A DNA stretch of 64,000 nt from an uncultured bacterium (GTDB taxonomy: Bacteria; Acidobacteriota; HRBIN11; JAKEFK01), in the NCBI GenBank assembly GCA_963777505.1, contig CAVZQN010000006.1, forward strand, positions 320,001-384,000. The letters run 5' to 3'. Of the stretch, positions 41,590-51,805 are shown in pieces (the stretch's first letter is position 1; each line of letters starts with the position of its first letter). A program made the translations under genes and the position numbers. Under the pieces are notes generated by a model. The model made no database searches and was not told where the DNA came from. It saw only the letters and a list, made by a program, of their open reading frames with translations.

Positions 41590-43476
41590 ATGAGAGAACC
41601 TCAACCTAAGATTGGTACTTTTTTCAGCTTATTCGTAGGCTTCGCGTTATCTGCATTTATTGGGTTGCTTGAAGCTATTGTTCTTAAAGTCTCGCATAAA
41701 GCGATTCCAGGCAGTTCAGATCCCTGGACCATTCATGCTGCATTCACTATTTATGGTCTCACAGGACTCATTTTAGCTGCTTTGTTATTTCTACTTTTTC
41801 GCAGCCTGAGGTTTCCTTCAAAAATGTTCATAACTATTCTTGCCTTCTGGGCAGGTGTTTGGGCCATTTATGTTTGGAACCTCATGATTCCTTCCGGATT
41901 TTTGTCTGCTGCTGGATTGGCCGGCACAGGACTGGCAATCTTGATGATCTTTGGATTTATGAAGTTTGTTGCACCAAAGATTCATGCCGCGGTTCCATCA
42001 CGTTATTTTACTGGAGCATCATTAATGATGCTTGTCTTATCTGTGTTCGCACTTATCTTTCAAAGTCCGATAGCTGCAGGATCCAAGAAACAAAATGGGC
42101 CAAATGTTTCTTTGCCGAATGTAATCCTGATTACGCTAGACACCACAAGAGCTGATCATCTCACACCTTACGGTTACAGTCGCGATACAACTCCATTTCT
42201 AGCAAAGCTAGCATCGGAAGGTGTGCTCTTCGAAAATGCATTTGCAGTCTCTTCCTGGACTTTGCCATCGCATTCATCAATTTTCACCGGCAAACTTCCC
42301 TCAGTGCATGGTGCTACATATCAGCATTTGTGGCTCGATTCATCCGAAGACTGTCTTGCAGAAATTCTAAAACGCAAAGGCTATCAAACCGCTGCTTTCG
42401 TAAGCGGACCATTTCTGCTTGCTGCATTCAATGTCACCCAGGGATTTGAATATTATGATGATCAGCTTGATCCATTATCAGGAATACAACGCCTGATGTT
42501 AGTAAAAGTAATCCGCAGATTTCATCAAAAGCCATTGTGGTGGGTAGACGGACAAAGGAATGCAATTGAAGTCAATCAACAGCTCTTCAAATGGTTCGAT
42601 CATAACTCCGAACGAAAACCATTTTTTGCTTTCATTAATTACTTTGACCCGCATGACCCTTATTTGCCGCCGGCTGCATACAGCAAAATGTATAGAACTT
42701 CTCCATCAAGAATGAATGGAAGAATTGAAGGAATTTATTCTGATCGAGCAACTGGTGAGCGGATTGCTAAAGACGGAAAGCCCTTGCGTGAAGATGATTA
42801 CCAGGCCCTGAAAGCGCTATATGATGGTGAGATCCGTTTTATGGATGATCAGCTCTCAAAGCTATTTGATTATTTAAAGCAAAATAGTCTTTTATCAAAT
42901 ACGCTTGTGGTCATTACTTCAGATCATGGCGAAAGCCTTGGTGAGCACAAAATTCTGGATCACGGACATACCCTCTATGAAGAACAGATCAGGGTTCCAT
43001 TACTTATGATTGGCCCAAATATTCCAAAAGGAAAAAGAATCTCGGGCATCATACGGAATATCGATATACTTCCTACGTTGATGGAGTATTTAAAGTTTAC
43101 AGCTCCTTCAGATATCCAAGGAAAGAGCTTCCTTTCAAATTTAGCAGATGCTCCGCATGATGGCAGAATTTATGTAGGAGAGATCTTTCAAGATCCGAAT
43201 ACAAGAGTGAAAAGGTTTCAGCGGGATTTGAAAAGCCGTCGTGATGATACTTCAAAACTATTGTGGGCTTCCAATGAACGTCACGAATTTTACGATCTTC
43301 CTTCCGATCCTGCCGAAAATCACAATTTGTATCAGACAAAGCAAGAAAATTTTAATTTGATCTCTACGGAACTATTTAACTATTTGAAACCGCTCCCCAA
43401 AAAGGATCGTCGTAAAAAACCTGAGATAGATGAAGAGTCGCTTGAGAGTTTAAAGGCCACAGGATATTTAGATTAG
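41590..43476 (+). CDS. Sulfatase-like protein 2 with N-terminal TM bundle
   Basis: About five TM helices, then NVILITLDTTRADHL, WTLPSHSS, NYFDPHDPY, YDGEI, SDHGE; ends LKATGYLD. Confidence 0.85.
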   Translation: MREPQPKIGTFFSLFVGFALSAFIGLLEAIVLKVSHKAIPGSSDPWTIHAAFTIYGLTGLILAALLFLLFRSLRFPSKMFITILAFWAGVWAIYVWNLMIPSGFLSAAGLAGTGLAILMIFGFMKFVAPKIHAAVPSRYFTGASLMMLVLSVFALIFQSPIAAGSKKQNGPNVSLPNVILITLDTTRADHLTPYGYSRDTTPFLAKLASEGVLFENAFAVSSWTLPSHSSIFTGKLPSVHGATYQHLWLDSSEDCLAEILKRKGYQTAAFVSGPFLLAAFNVTQGFEYYDDQLDPLSGIQRLMLVKVIRRFHQKPLWWVDGQRNAIEVNQQLFKWFDHNSERKPFFAFINYFDPHDPYLPPAAYSKMYRTSPSRMNGRIEGIYSDRATGERIAKDGKPLREDDYQALKALYDGEIRFMDDQLSKLFDYLKQNSLLSNTLVVITSDHGESLGEHKILDHGHTLYEEQIRVPLLMIGPNIPKGKRISGIIRNIDILPTLMEYLKFTAPSDIQGKSFLSNLADAPHDGRIYVGEIFQDPNTRVKRFQRDLKSRRDDTSKLLWASNERHEFYDLPSDPAENHNLYQTKQENFNLISTELFNYLKPLPKKDRRKKPEIDEESLESLKATGYLD

Positions 43477-43478
43477 AC

Positions 43479-44588
43479 ATGTTTATGAAAATTCCTCTCG
43501 TAGATGTTGCTTCACAATACAGTTCTATTCAAAACGAACTTGAGCCTGTTGTACTGAATGTCTTGAGAAGTGGAAACTACATACTTGGTGAAGAGCTGGC
43601 GAACTTCGAAAAAGAATTTGCTGAATTTTGCAATACCAAGTTTGCTGTGGGTGTGAATTCTGGAACGAGTGCGCTGCATCTGGCATTGCTTGCTGCAGGT
43701 GTGGAGCCAGGATCGGAAGTCATTACAGTGCCATTTACGTTTGTTGCCAGTGTAGCCACAATTCTTTACACCGGGGCTCGCCCGGTTTTTGTAGATATCA
43801 ATCCGGATACTTGTCTGATGGATGTCAATCAGGTTGCAGATAAAATTTCTGAGAAAACAAAAGCCATAGTCCCTGTGCATCTTTACGGGCATCCAGTCGA
43901 TATGGATCCGCTTCTCGATCTGGCGCGAAAAAATAACCTTATTGTGATTGAGGATGCCGCCCAGGCGCACGGAGCTCGTTACAAACAACGCCTTGTTGGA
44001 GGTTTTGGGGAAATTGGATGTTTCAGCTTTTATCCAAGCAAGAATCTTGGAGCTGCTGGTGAGGGCGGCGCCATCACAACAAATAATGAAGCTTTCTACA
44101 ATAAAATTCGAAAGTTAAGAAACTGGGGAAGTGATGACCGCTATCATCATGAATTTCTTGCCTACAACTTCAGGCTAGAAAATATTCAAGCGGCAATACT
44201 GCGGATCAAGCTTCGTCATCTTAATGATTGGAATATGGAGCGCACCCAAATAGCGGCCGAATATGATTCTGCTTTTAGGAATACGAATGTTCGTTTACTT
44301 AGAAAGTCTGACACTTCGCAGCCGGTGCATCACATCTATCCAATATTTTCAAAGAAACGTGATGCTATAAAAATGAGTCTCGAAAAAGCAGGAGTTTCAA
44401 CAGGGATTCATTATCCTGTGCCCATTCATTTACAACAAGGATATCAATTCCTGGGTTACAAGGCGGGGGAGTTCCCGGGTGCGGAGCATGCGGCTGAGGA
44501 AACACTTTCAATTCCAATTTATCCTGAACTTACATCCGAGAAACGCATCTATGTAATTGAATCCGTTTTGAACAGTCTGAATGGATAA
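43479..44588 (+). CDS. DegT/DnrJ/EryC1/StrS sugar aminotransferase
   Basis: NSGTSALH, VHLYG, EDAAQAHG, SFYPSKNLG..GEGG, HYPVPIH.Q. Confidence 0.93.
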   Translation: MFMKIPLVDVASQYSSIQNELEPVVLNVLRSGNYILGEELANFEKEFAEFCNTKFAVGVNSGTSALHLALLAAGVEPGSEVITVPFTFVASVATILYTGARPVFVDINPDTCLMDVNQVADKISEKTKAIVPVHLYGHPVDMDPLLDLARKNNLIVIEDAAQAHGARYKQRLVGGFGEIGCFSFYPSKNLGAAGEGGAITTNNEAFYNKIRKLRNWGSDDRYHHEFLAYNFRLENIQAAILRIKLRHLNDWNMERTQIAAEYDSAFRNTNVRLLRKSDTSQPVHHIYPIFSKKRDAIKMSLEKAGVSTGIHYPVPIHLQQGYQFLGYKAGEFPGAEHAAEETLSIPIYPELTSEKRIYVIESVLNSLNG

Positions 44589-45279
44589 CATACAAGTCTC
44601 TCTGTGTTTTCCTGTTTATAACGAAGAACCAACGATCGCACAGGTTCTTGAAGAAACATATCTTCAAATGTCCGGCTCAGGCGTAAGTTATGAAATTGTA
44701 GTCTGCGTTGATGGTTCTACTGACAAATCGCCGGAAATTATTCGCGCCGCAAGTCAAAGAATTCCGAAGTTGCGAGTGATCGAAAATGATGGCCGCAAGG
44801 GGATTACGTATACATTTGAACGATTGTATATTGAGGCTCGCGGACAATTTGTATTGTTAAATTCAGCAGATCGTCAATGGCCGGCCTCCATCATTCATCC
44901 CATGCTGAAATTATCAAAACAGTTCGATATCGTAATCGCTTCAAGAAAACAAAAGCATTACAGTACCACCCGAAAATTTGTTTCCTGGATGTTTAATGCA
45001 ATTCCTGAGCGCTTGTTTGGGGTACGCACCTACGATGCTGGCGCAGCAAAATTATTGAAGAAGGAAATTATTGAGCGATTTCCAATTGTCTCGCAATCCC
45101 CATTTGCTGAAGCAGAACGGATCATACGCGCTGTTCGTTCAGGCTACACGATTACTGAATATCCCGTAGAAACTTCTCCACGAATACACGGGAAGCAACG
45201 GGGCATCAGCCCCCGCCTTGTACTACAATCCGCCCGGGATGCGATGAAGGTGTGGGTTGCGTTGAGAGAAAGAAAATAA
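44581..45279 (+). CDS. GT2 glycosyltransferase (polyprenol-P sugar synthase-like)
   Basis: FPVYNEE, DGSTD, NSADRQW, R.FVS..FN, R.HG. Confidence 0.8.
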   Translation: MDNIQVSLCFPVYNEEPTIAQVLEETYLQMSGSGVSYEIVVCVDGSTDKSPEIIRAASQRIPKLRVIENDGRKGITYTFERLYIEARGQFVLLNSADRQWPASIIHPMLKLSKQFDIVIASRKQKHYSTTRKFVSWMFNAIPERLFGVRTYDAGAAKLLKKEIIERFPIVSQSPFAEAERIIRAVRSGYTITEYPVETSPRIHGKQRGISPRLVLQSARDAMKVWVALRERK

Positions 45280-45295
45280 CTTCGTGTCTTTGTGG

Positions 45296-46243
45296 CTAAA
45301 ACACTTGTTGGAATTTTCCTGTGAGCCGTTTCACTGACTTCACGCTATAAAGCGGCGCTTTTTTCACTTCAGTCATGATGTAAGTCACATATTTTGAAAG
45401 CATCCCCAGAACGAGGAAGAGTCCGGAGAATCCAAATGTCATGACAAGAACAAGAGTCGTCCATCCTGGGACGATAGAATTAAGAATGAAGTGAATAAAC
45501 ACAGAATACGTTCCAATCGCTATCGATAGAAGTAAGAAAAAGAAGGCGATATAAAAACTTAACTTTGTTCCAACGGACGAATGAATCAAGATAAGTTCAA
45601 ATGCCATATCGATCCGTTCGTGGAATCGCTTTTCTGTGTGAATCTGACGGATCTCTTTTGAAGGCTTATATAAGATTTCTTCAAAAGGGAAGCCGGATAA
45701 TCTCATCATTGCTTTTCTGTATCGAATTTTTTCTTTCGATGACAGGATCCTGTTTAATGCCCTCCGGCTAATGATTCGCAAACGTTCGGTCCGCACAACA
45801 ATCGGAATTTCTGAAATGCGATTGAAGATGAAGTAAAACAACTTTGAAAAAATTCCGATACGTTGAGAAGGACAGGCGCTCACTACATCGATTCCACCTT
45901 TGCATTTTTGAAATAGTTCGAAAATCAGATCGATCGGATAATCGATAATTGAAGTTTCTACTTCAATTACAAAATCACCCATTGCAAGATCTGAACCCGC
46001 AACGATTGCCAACTCGGTTCGATGATGCCAGGAAAGATCAACCAGCAGAATATTTCCAGTCAAGTAGCCAGAATTTTCTATGCGTTCGACAGTTCGATCT
46101 GTGCTGGCATCGTTAACCAGGATAAGCTCAAAATTTTCGAAATGTTCTTCAAGAAATTTATGATATGCGCCTAAGAAAGATTCAATCGTGTTTTCAGCGT
46201 TGTAGATATAAACAACGACCGACAAAAAAGCCTTCTCTTTCAT
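45296..46243 (-). CDS. GtrB/ArnC-like GT2 with two C-terminal TM helices
   Basis: LSVVVY.YN, VNDASTD, PGWTTL, C-terminal TM pair; DxD replaced by VET. Confidence 0.75.
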   Translation of the reverse strand: MKEKAFLSVVVYIYNAENTIESFLGAYHKFLEEHFENFELILVNDASTDRTVERIENSGYLTGNILLVDLSWHHRTELAIVAGSDLAMGDFVIEVETSIIDYPIDLIFELFQKCKGGIDVVSACPSQRIGIFSKLFYFIFNRISEIPIVVRTERLRIISRRALNRILSSKEKIRYRKAMMRLSGFPFEEILYKPSKEIRQIHTEKRFHERIDMAFELILIHSSVGTKLSFYIAFFFLLLSIAIGTYSVFIHFILNSIVPGWTTLVLVMTFGFSGLFLVLGMLSKYVTYIMTEVKKAPLYSVKSVKRLTGKFQQVF

Positions 46244-47379
46244 AAGAATTGCCTTTTGAGGTCATATATGGTGCTGATTTTTCCGGATAGAACAGAAATG
46301 AAATTCGGATTTGAATTTACTTTCTGAATGAAGGTAGGCCGGGCATCATCAATTTCAGAAGCATGGGGTATCGTTTTCACCGCAAAAAGTGCCTCCTCAA
46401 ATTCTATCGTAATTGATTCATGTAAGTATTTTGAGGCAAGCTGACGCATTAAGGGAAATGCTGATTCCGGGCGGGCTTCACAAGTGGAGCAATTTTGAAG
46501 CTGCTGAGGAGTGCAGTTTGGATTATTCTTCTGACAATCAAAGGTAGGAACTGGCGACGTGGATGTCAGGTGTGGCGTATATGGCACAGCGCTCAGAACA
46601 TGAAAACCACTTGTTCCAAATGGAACTAATGAGAAAAATGGTCCGTCCATGACAGTCATTCCGAAATTTTCGGCTGCTGAAGAGACTTTGCAAAGTGTGA
46701 CTTCACATAATTCGTACTTCAAAGGAAGTTTGGGAAGTCCAAACAATTCCTGAGTCTGATTCAAGCTCGCGTAGGTAGCGTTAATAACATTACTTGCCTT
46801 AAAAATTGATCCATCGCTCAGTTGAAGCCTGTAATTTTGGTCTTGAATCTCCGCTTTAATAACGTGAGTGGAGTAAAGTATTTCAGCGTTATCATTCGAT
46901 TGAATTTTGCCTAACAAATAATTACGAATTTTTGGTGCATCAAAAGAATATTCTTGAATGCTGAATGCTGCTTCGATCAAATCGGGCTTAAAGTATGGAG
47001 ATGGATCGACTTCGGAACATGGAATTCGGGCATGGTCACAAAATTTTTGAAATTGTTCGGCATTCGTTTGAGAGTAATGACTTGCAATCGCATAAATATT
47101 TTCAAATTTGTTCATCAAGGCAAAATCAAATTCTTCACAAAATTCGCGAAAATATGAAGCTGTTTGTTTTGCTGTGGTAAAACTTCGTGGATAGTGATAT
47201 CCATTGTGGATTCTTGCTTGATTCACAAAGGAAGCTCTTTGAAAACTTGCTGGCTCATACTCAATGACTGCGACTGTATTTCCTTTTTCTGCAAGAATGC
47301 AGGCAGAGTACAATCCGTAAATTCCTGCGCCCAGAACTACATAATCAAATTCTTTAATATTATTAACCACGAAGATCAC
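46240..47379 (-). CDS. FAD-dependent oxidoreductase (DAO-like)
   Basis: VVLGAGIYG, AS.VNQARIHNGYHYPRS, MDGPFFS, RPT, SGKI. Confidence 0.85.
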   Translation of the reverse strand: MIFVVNNIKEFDYVVLGAGIYGLYSACILAEKGNTVAVIEYEPASFQRASFVNQARIHNGYHYPRSFTTAKQTASYFREFCEEFDFALMNKFENIYAIASHYSQTNAEQFQKFCDHARIPCSEVDPSPYFKPDLIEAAFSIQEYSFDAPKIRNYLLGKIQSNDNAEILYSTHVIKAEIQDQNYRLQLSDGSIFKASNVINATYASLNQTQELFGLPKLPLKYELCEVTLCKVSSAAENFGMTVMDGPFFSLVPFGTSGFHVLSAVPYTPHLTSTSPVPTFDCQKNNPNCTPQQLQNCSTCEARPESAFPLMRQLASKYLHESITIEFEEALFAVKTIPHASEIDDARPTFIQKVNSNPNFISVLSGKISTIYDLKRQFL

Positions 47380-47393
47380 GAAGATTTACGAAG

Positions 47394-47873
47394 TTATTCA
47401 TTTTTATCAGTAATATAGCGCGTAATTCTTGCGGGAACTCCCACTACAACTGCGAAATCAGGAACGTCATTTGTCACAACCGCGCCTGCCCCAATCATTG
47501 CATTTTTACCAATTGTAATTCCTCCCATGATGACTGCGCCGCTGCCAAGGCTTGCTCCATGTTTTACAAGAGTTCGCACACATTGCCAGTCTTTTTCAGT
47601 TTGGAGTCTTCCCTCAATAGTCGCGCGAGGTTCGATCGTATTAATAAACATAACTCCATGACCAACGAAAACCTCATCTTCTATCGTTACCCCTTCACAG
47701 ATGAAAGAGTGGGAAGAAATCTTACAGCGTGATCCTACTACCGCATTTTTCTGGATTTCGACAAAAGTGCCAATCCTGGTGCCGTCACCGACGACACATC
47801 CATAGAGGTTCACAAGCTCCGGATGATGAATTTCAACTCCATTTCCAAGCCTGACGTCATTGCTGATGGGCAT
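47394..47873 (-). CDS. Hexapeptide-repeat sugar N-acetyltransferase (WbpD-like)
   Basis: NLYGC.VG..T.IGTFVEIQK, KISSHSFICEGV, IGAGAVVT.DVP..VVGVPAR. Confidence 0.88.
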   Translation of the reverse strand: MPISNDVRLGNGVEIHHPELVNLYGCVVGDGTRIGTFVEIQKNAVVGSRCKISSHSFICEGVTIEDEVFVGHGVMFINTIEPRATIEGRLQTEKDWQCVRTLVKHGASLGSGAVIMGGITIGKNAMIGAGAVVTNDVPDFAVVVGVPARITRYITDKNE

Positions 47874-48021
47874 ATTCCGCGGTGAATTCTATAGACTAGA
47901 ATTTTCACTGTCAATGATAATACATTCTCACAAACGAACTCACCAATTCGCCAGCGAAACTTGATTTGAGTGGTTGCTATCAGTAAACTAAAAAGCTTTC
48001 AATGTAAGGTTGTTTTTTCTC

Positions 48022-49381
48022 ATGCGTAAATCTGTTTTGATTCTTCTCATAATCGCTTTAGCCGGTGGCGCAGCAGCCATCTATGTAAACTATAAGCAAC
48101 AGTATCCAAATATCGTTTTGATTACGATTGATACTTTGCGAAGTGACCACTGTACACCTTATGGCTATAGCAGAGATACCACCCCTTTGATGAGCACGTT
48201 GGCACAGCAAGGAAGTCTGTTTGAGAATGTTTATGCCCCAATGCCGACGACTGGACCTTCACATTCCACCATGTTCACTTCACGCTATCCGATCTCTCAT
48301 GGAGTTGTGAAGAACGGTTTTGTTTTGGCTGAGGAAGAGCTAACAATCGCAGAAATCCTGCAGAGTAACGGTTATGCTACCGCCGCTGTCATCAGCTCTT
48401 TTGCTGTAAATTCAAAATTTGGTTTGAAACAGGGGTTCCAATATTACGATGAAGAATTTATTGGAAAAAACCCATCGATGCGAACAACGCGCTGGCAAGG
48501 AATTGAAGTCGAAGGTTTATTCGATAGGCGCGCTAAAGAGACGACCGCAAGCGCATTGAAGTGGATCAAAAATCCGCAAAAAAAACCGTTTTTCCTTTGG
48601 GTTCACTATTTTGATCCTCATGGTCCTTATGATCCGCCGGATCGTTTTAAGAAAAAATTTGCAAGCGCTTCGGGCGGCAATCTGGAACCTCAGCGATACT
48701 TACGATGCGTATGATGGTGAAGTCGGATATGCCGATGCTGAAATTGAGAAGATCGTGAAATATTTCGACGAGAAAGGATTAGATGAAGATACGTTGTTGA
48801 TTGTTACAGCCGATCATGGTGAAGGTTTAGGCCAACATGATCACATGCACCATGGATTGTTTTTGTACGAAGAAGCAGTCCGCGTCCCTCTTGTCATTCG
48901 ATGGCCTGGAAAAATTCCAGCAGGATTGAGAATCAAGAATCGTGTAGAGCTTCTTGATTTATCTCCAACAATTCTGGACATTGCCGGCATCCCTGCAAAA
49001 AACGCCAAGTACCAGGGCAGAAGTTTGAAGAGTTTGCTAAAAGCGCCTTCGATAACCCGGCAAAGCCGTCCAATTTTTTTCCAGCGAAGATTATATGAAA
49101 CTGAAAATTACAAAGGCAATATTGTGAAGGGAGAAAAGCTTGGCGTTCTGATTGATCAATGGAAATATATTGAAGCCCTGAAAGAAAGATCGGTTGAGTT
49201 GTATGATTTAAGCGCGGATCCTGGTGAATTAACAAACATCAGCAGGGATCATCCCGATCAGGTCAGGCGCTTGTCATCGATGATCAAAGACTGGCGTCAG
49301 AAATACGGAAAGGAAACGTATGATCAATCAATGAGCGAGGAAGATATTGAAGCTTTGAGATCTCTTGGATACGTGCAATAG
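48022..49381 (+). CDS. Sulfatase-like protein 3 (+1 frameshift near 48690)
   Basis: ORFs 48010-48714 and 48611-49381 join: ITIDTLRSDH, TTGPSHST, HYFDPHGPY, then YDGEV, ADHGE, HHG; ends LRSLGYVQ. Confidence 0.82.
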
Positions 49382-49402
49382 CCGCATTAGTTGAATATCA
49401 AC

Positions 49403-51805
49403 ATGCCGATGAAGCGCGCACTTCCATACTTCTTCTTTTTTCTATTTAGCATTATTTATTTCTGGCCTGTTCTGTTTGGTTCAGCCATCCTTCTGCCAAC
49501 AAATCCAAAAACGATTCCACCATGGAATGAATTTGAATCATCTGAACCGTCCAACGGTCTAATGATCGACAGTCTTACCCTTTTGTATCCATGGCGCGTT
49601 TTTAATTCCAATGTTTTAAGGAGCGGGGAAGTCCCACACTGGAATCCTTACATTTTCTGCGGCTATCCACATCTTGCAGCTCTTCAAACGAACAGTTTGT
49701 ATCCCGGAACAATTTTGTTTGATCTGCTGGATCCTGTGCGTGGAATTGCAGGCTCGATGGCATTACACCTGGCGCTCAGCGGCGTATTCATGTTCCTTTT
49801 CTTGAAACGGATCGGACTATCACCGCAGGCAAGCTTCTTAGGTGCGCTTACATACGAATTTAACGGAATGTTCCTTGTGCGAATGAGTTCACCTACGTAT
49901 GTGTTTTCTGCTGTTTGGATTCCGATGATGTTGATTGGGGCGCACGCACTCGCACAAAAACTCAGCCTCAAAAATTCGCTTCCATTAATCTTTGGTGTTG
50001 CACTATCTTTTTTAGGCGGACATCCCCAAATTTTTCTAAATGGTGTTGTGATTGCAGGTTTATTCTTCCTTTTTGAACTCCGCCACAATTTTTCTATACG
50101 AAAGCTCTTTACGCCTGTTTTTATTTTTGGATGCGCATGCTTGGCCGGCTTAGCGCTGGCAGCATTTGAATTGTTGCCTTTTGGTGAGTTGATTCGCAAT
50201 TCTTCGCGTGAATCGATCCCTTTGGAAATCTACAAGAAAGCGGCGCCTCCATTTGTGATTGCGATTCAGGCAATCATTTCGGATTTCTTTGGCAATCCAG
50301 TGGATAAGAATTACTGGTTCAATCAAGGAGCAGAACTTCTGGGACGTGGAAATAAGTTTGGTGCACCGTGGTCCTTTAACTATTCAGGCGAAAATCTATT
50401 CTCCGGGATCATTCCTCTGTTTCTTGCGGGGATTGCTCTATTCAAAAGCCGGAGTGTTTTGGCCCTGTTTTTTTCTTCGCTCTTGTTTGCTTCACTCGGA
50501 ATCTTATTTGGAACGCCTATTCTGGATGCAGTCTACTATCTCATTCCGACATTCCGATTTTCTCGGCCGGATCGCGTGATCATTATCTACATGTTTTGCA
50601 TGTCAGCGCTTGTTGCTGTGGGCTATCATTCTTTGCTTTACAAGGACTCATCGAATAAGACTTACGGCAAATGGATTGCCGCCGCTTTCGGAGTTCTTGC
50701 TCTTATAGTGATCGCTCCTTATTTGTTTGAGTCTCATTCTTTCAACGGACTTCGAGAATGGATCAATGTTGCAGGTCAAAAATTTCGCGCAATTTCATCA
50801 GCAAAGTCTGGTTTTTTGGTGACTGTCATTCTTCTTGTAACAGGTGGTGTGCTCGCGATTTTGATGAGCAAAATTCCGGCATCGCGAACGATTATGGTTT
50901 GCGTGTGGGCGTTACTAATTTTCCTGCCGTGCTACTTTTTCGGCTGGAAGTTTAATCCACTTCAACGGAGTCCACTCTTCCCTACAAATGAAGCTCAAAA
51001 TATCTTGACCGGAGAGACTTCAAAAGAGCTCTACAGGATTGTCCGCATTTTTGGCAGAAGAGGACAAAAGTATTTTCCATCGAACATTTCTGGCACGATG
51101 GATGTCTTCGATGTAAACGGTGCAAGCGCAGCACCTGTTTATCTCTATGCCGATTTTGTTCGATCGATTGATCCACGTGCGATTACAAAGGAAAAGTACT
51201 TTTGGGAGTTCACAAATCCAAGGCTAGCGAATCGTCCATTGTTTGATTTCTTAAATGTGAAGTATGTAATTTCGGATACCGCTCTGCCTTTTGACGAAGA
51301 ACCTTTATACAGAAAAGATCAATTCAGGATTTACAAGAACCCGCGTTATCTTCCCCGTTTTTTTCTCGCTTACTCTGCTGAGCCATACAAAGATGCGAAA
51401 CAAGCTCAAATGAATCTAAAGGATTGGAATTTTAATGCCGGAGAAACGGTTCTGATTTCGGAAGAACAGCTCAAGCTGAACAACATAATGCTGAGTGGAA
51501 ACGGATCAGGATCCGTGCGTGTTGTTAGTTATGAACCAAACAGGATTGAGCTTGAAGTAAAGTCCGACAAGAGTGCAATTCTCGTTTCGAGCGAGTCTTA
51601 TTACCCTGGCTGGCGCGCCGCAATTGACGGCCAGACGGTTGCTACTCTACTTGTGAATACTGCGTTTCGCGGTGTACATGTCCCGGCTGGCACTCACCGT
51701 GCAACATTCATGTACCATTCCACTTCTTTCCGGATCGGTACATTCATTTCGATTCTTGCACTCGGAATTCTTTTGTCAGCCCTATTCTTCAAGGCAAAAC
51801 CGTAA
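49403..51805 (+). CDS. YfhO-family GT-C membrane protein
   Basis: P.WNPY.FCG.P, LGGHPQ, RPDR; C-terminal LVSSESYYPGW.A.IDG...VNTAFRGV.VPAG.H. Confidence 0.82.
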   Translation: MPMKRALPYFFFFLFSIIYFWPVLFGSAILLPTNPKTIPPWNEFESSEPSNGLMIDSLTLLYPWRVFNSNVLRSGEVPHWNPYIFCGYPHLAALQTNSLYPGTILFDLLDPVRGIAGSMALHLALSGVFMFLFLKRIGLSPQASFLGALTYEFNGMFLVRMSSPTYVFSAVWIPMMLIGAHALAQKLSLKNSLPLIFGVALSFLGGHPQIFLNGVVIAGLFFLFELRHNFSIRKLFTPVFIFGCACLAGLALAAFELLPFGELIRNSSRESIPLEIYKKAAPPFVIAIQAIISDFFGNPVDKNYWFNQGAELLGRGNKFGAPWSFNYSGENLFSGIIPLFLAGIALFKSRSVLALFFSSLLFASLGILFGTPILDAVYYLIPTFRFSRPDRVIIIYMFCMSALVAVGYHSLLYKDSSNKTYGKWIAAAFGVLALIVIAPYLFESHSFNGLREWINVAGQKFRAISSAKSGFLVTVILLVTGGVLAILMSKIPASRTIMVCVWALLIFLPCYFFGWKFNPLQRSPLFPTNEAQNILTGETSKELYRIVRIFGRRGQKYFPSNISGTMDVFDVNGASAAPVYLYADFVRSIDPRAITKEKYFWEFTNPRLANRPLFDFLNVKYVISDTALPFDEEPLYRKDQFRIYKNPRYLPRFFLAYSAEPYKDAKQAQMNLKDWNFNAGETVLISEEQLKLNNIMLSGNGSGSVRVVSYEPNRIELEVKSDKSAILVSSESYYPGWRAAIDGQTVATLLVNTAFRGVHVPAGTHRATFMYHSTSFRIGTFISILALGILLSALFFKAKP

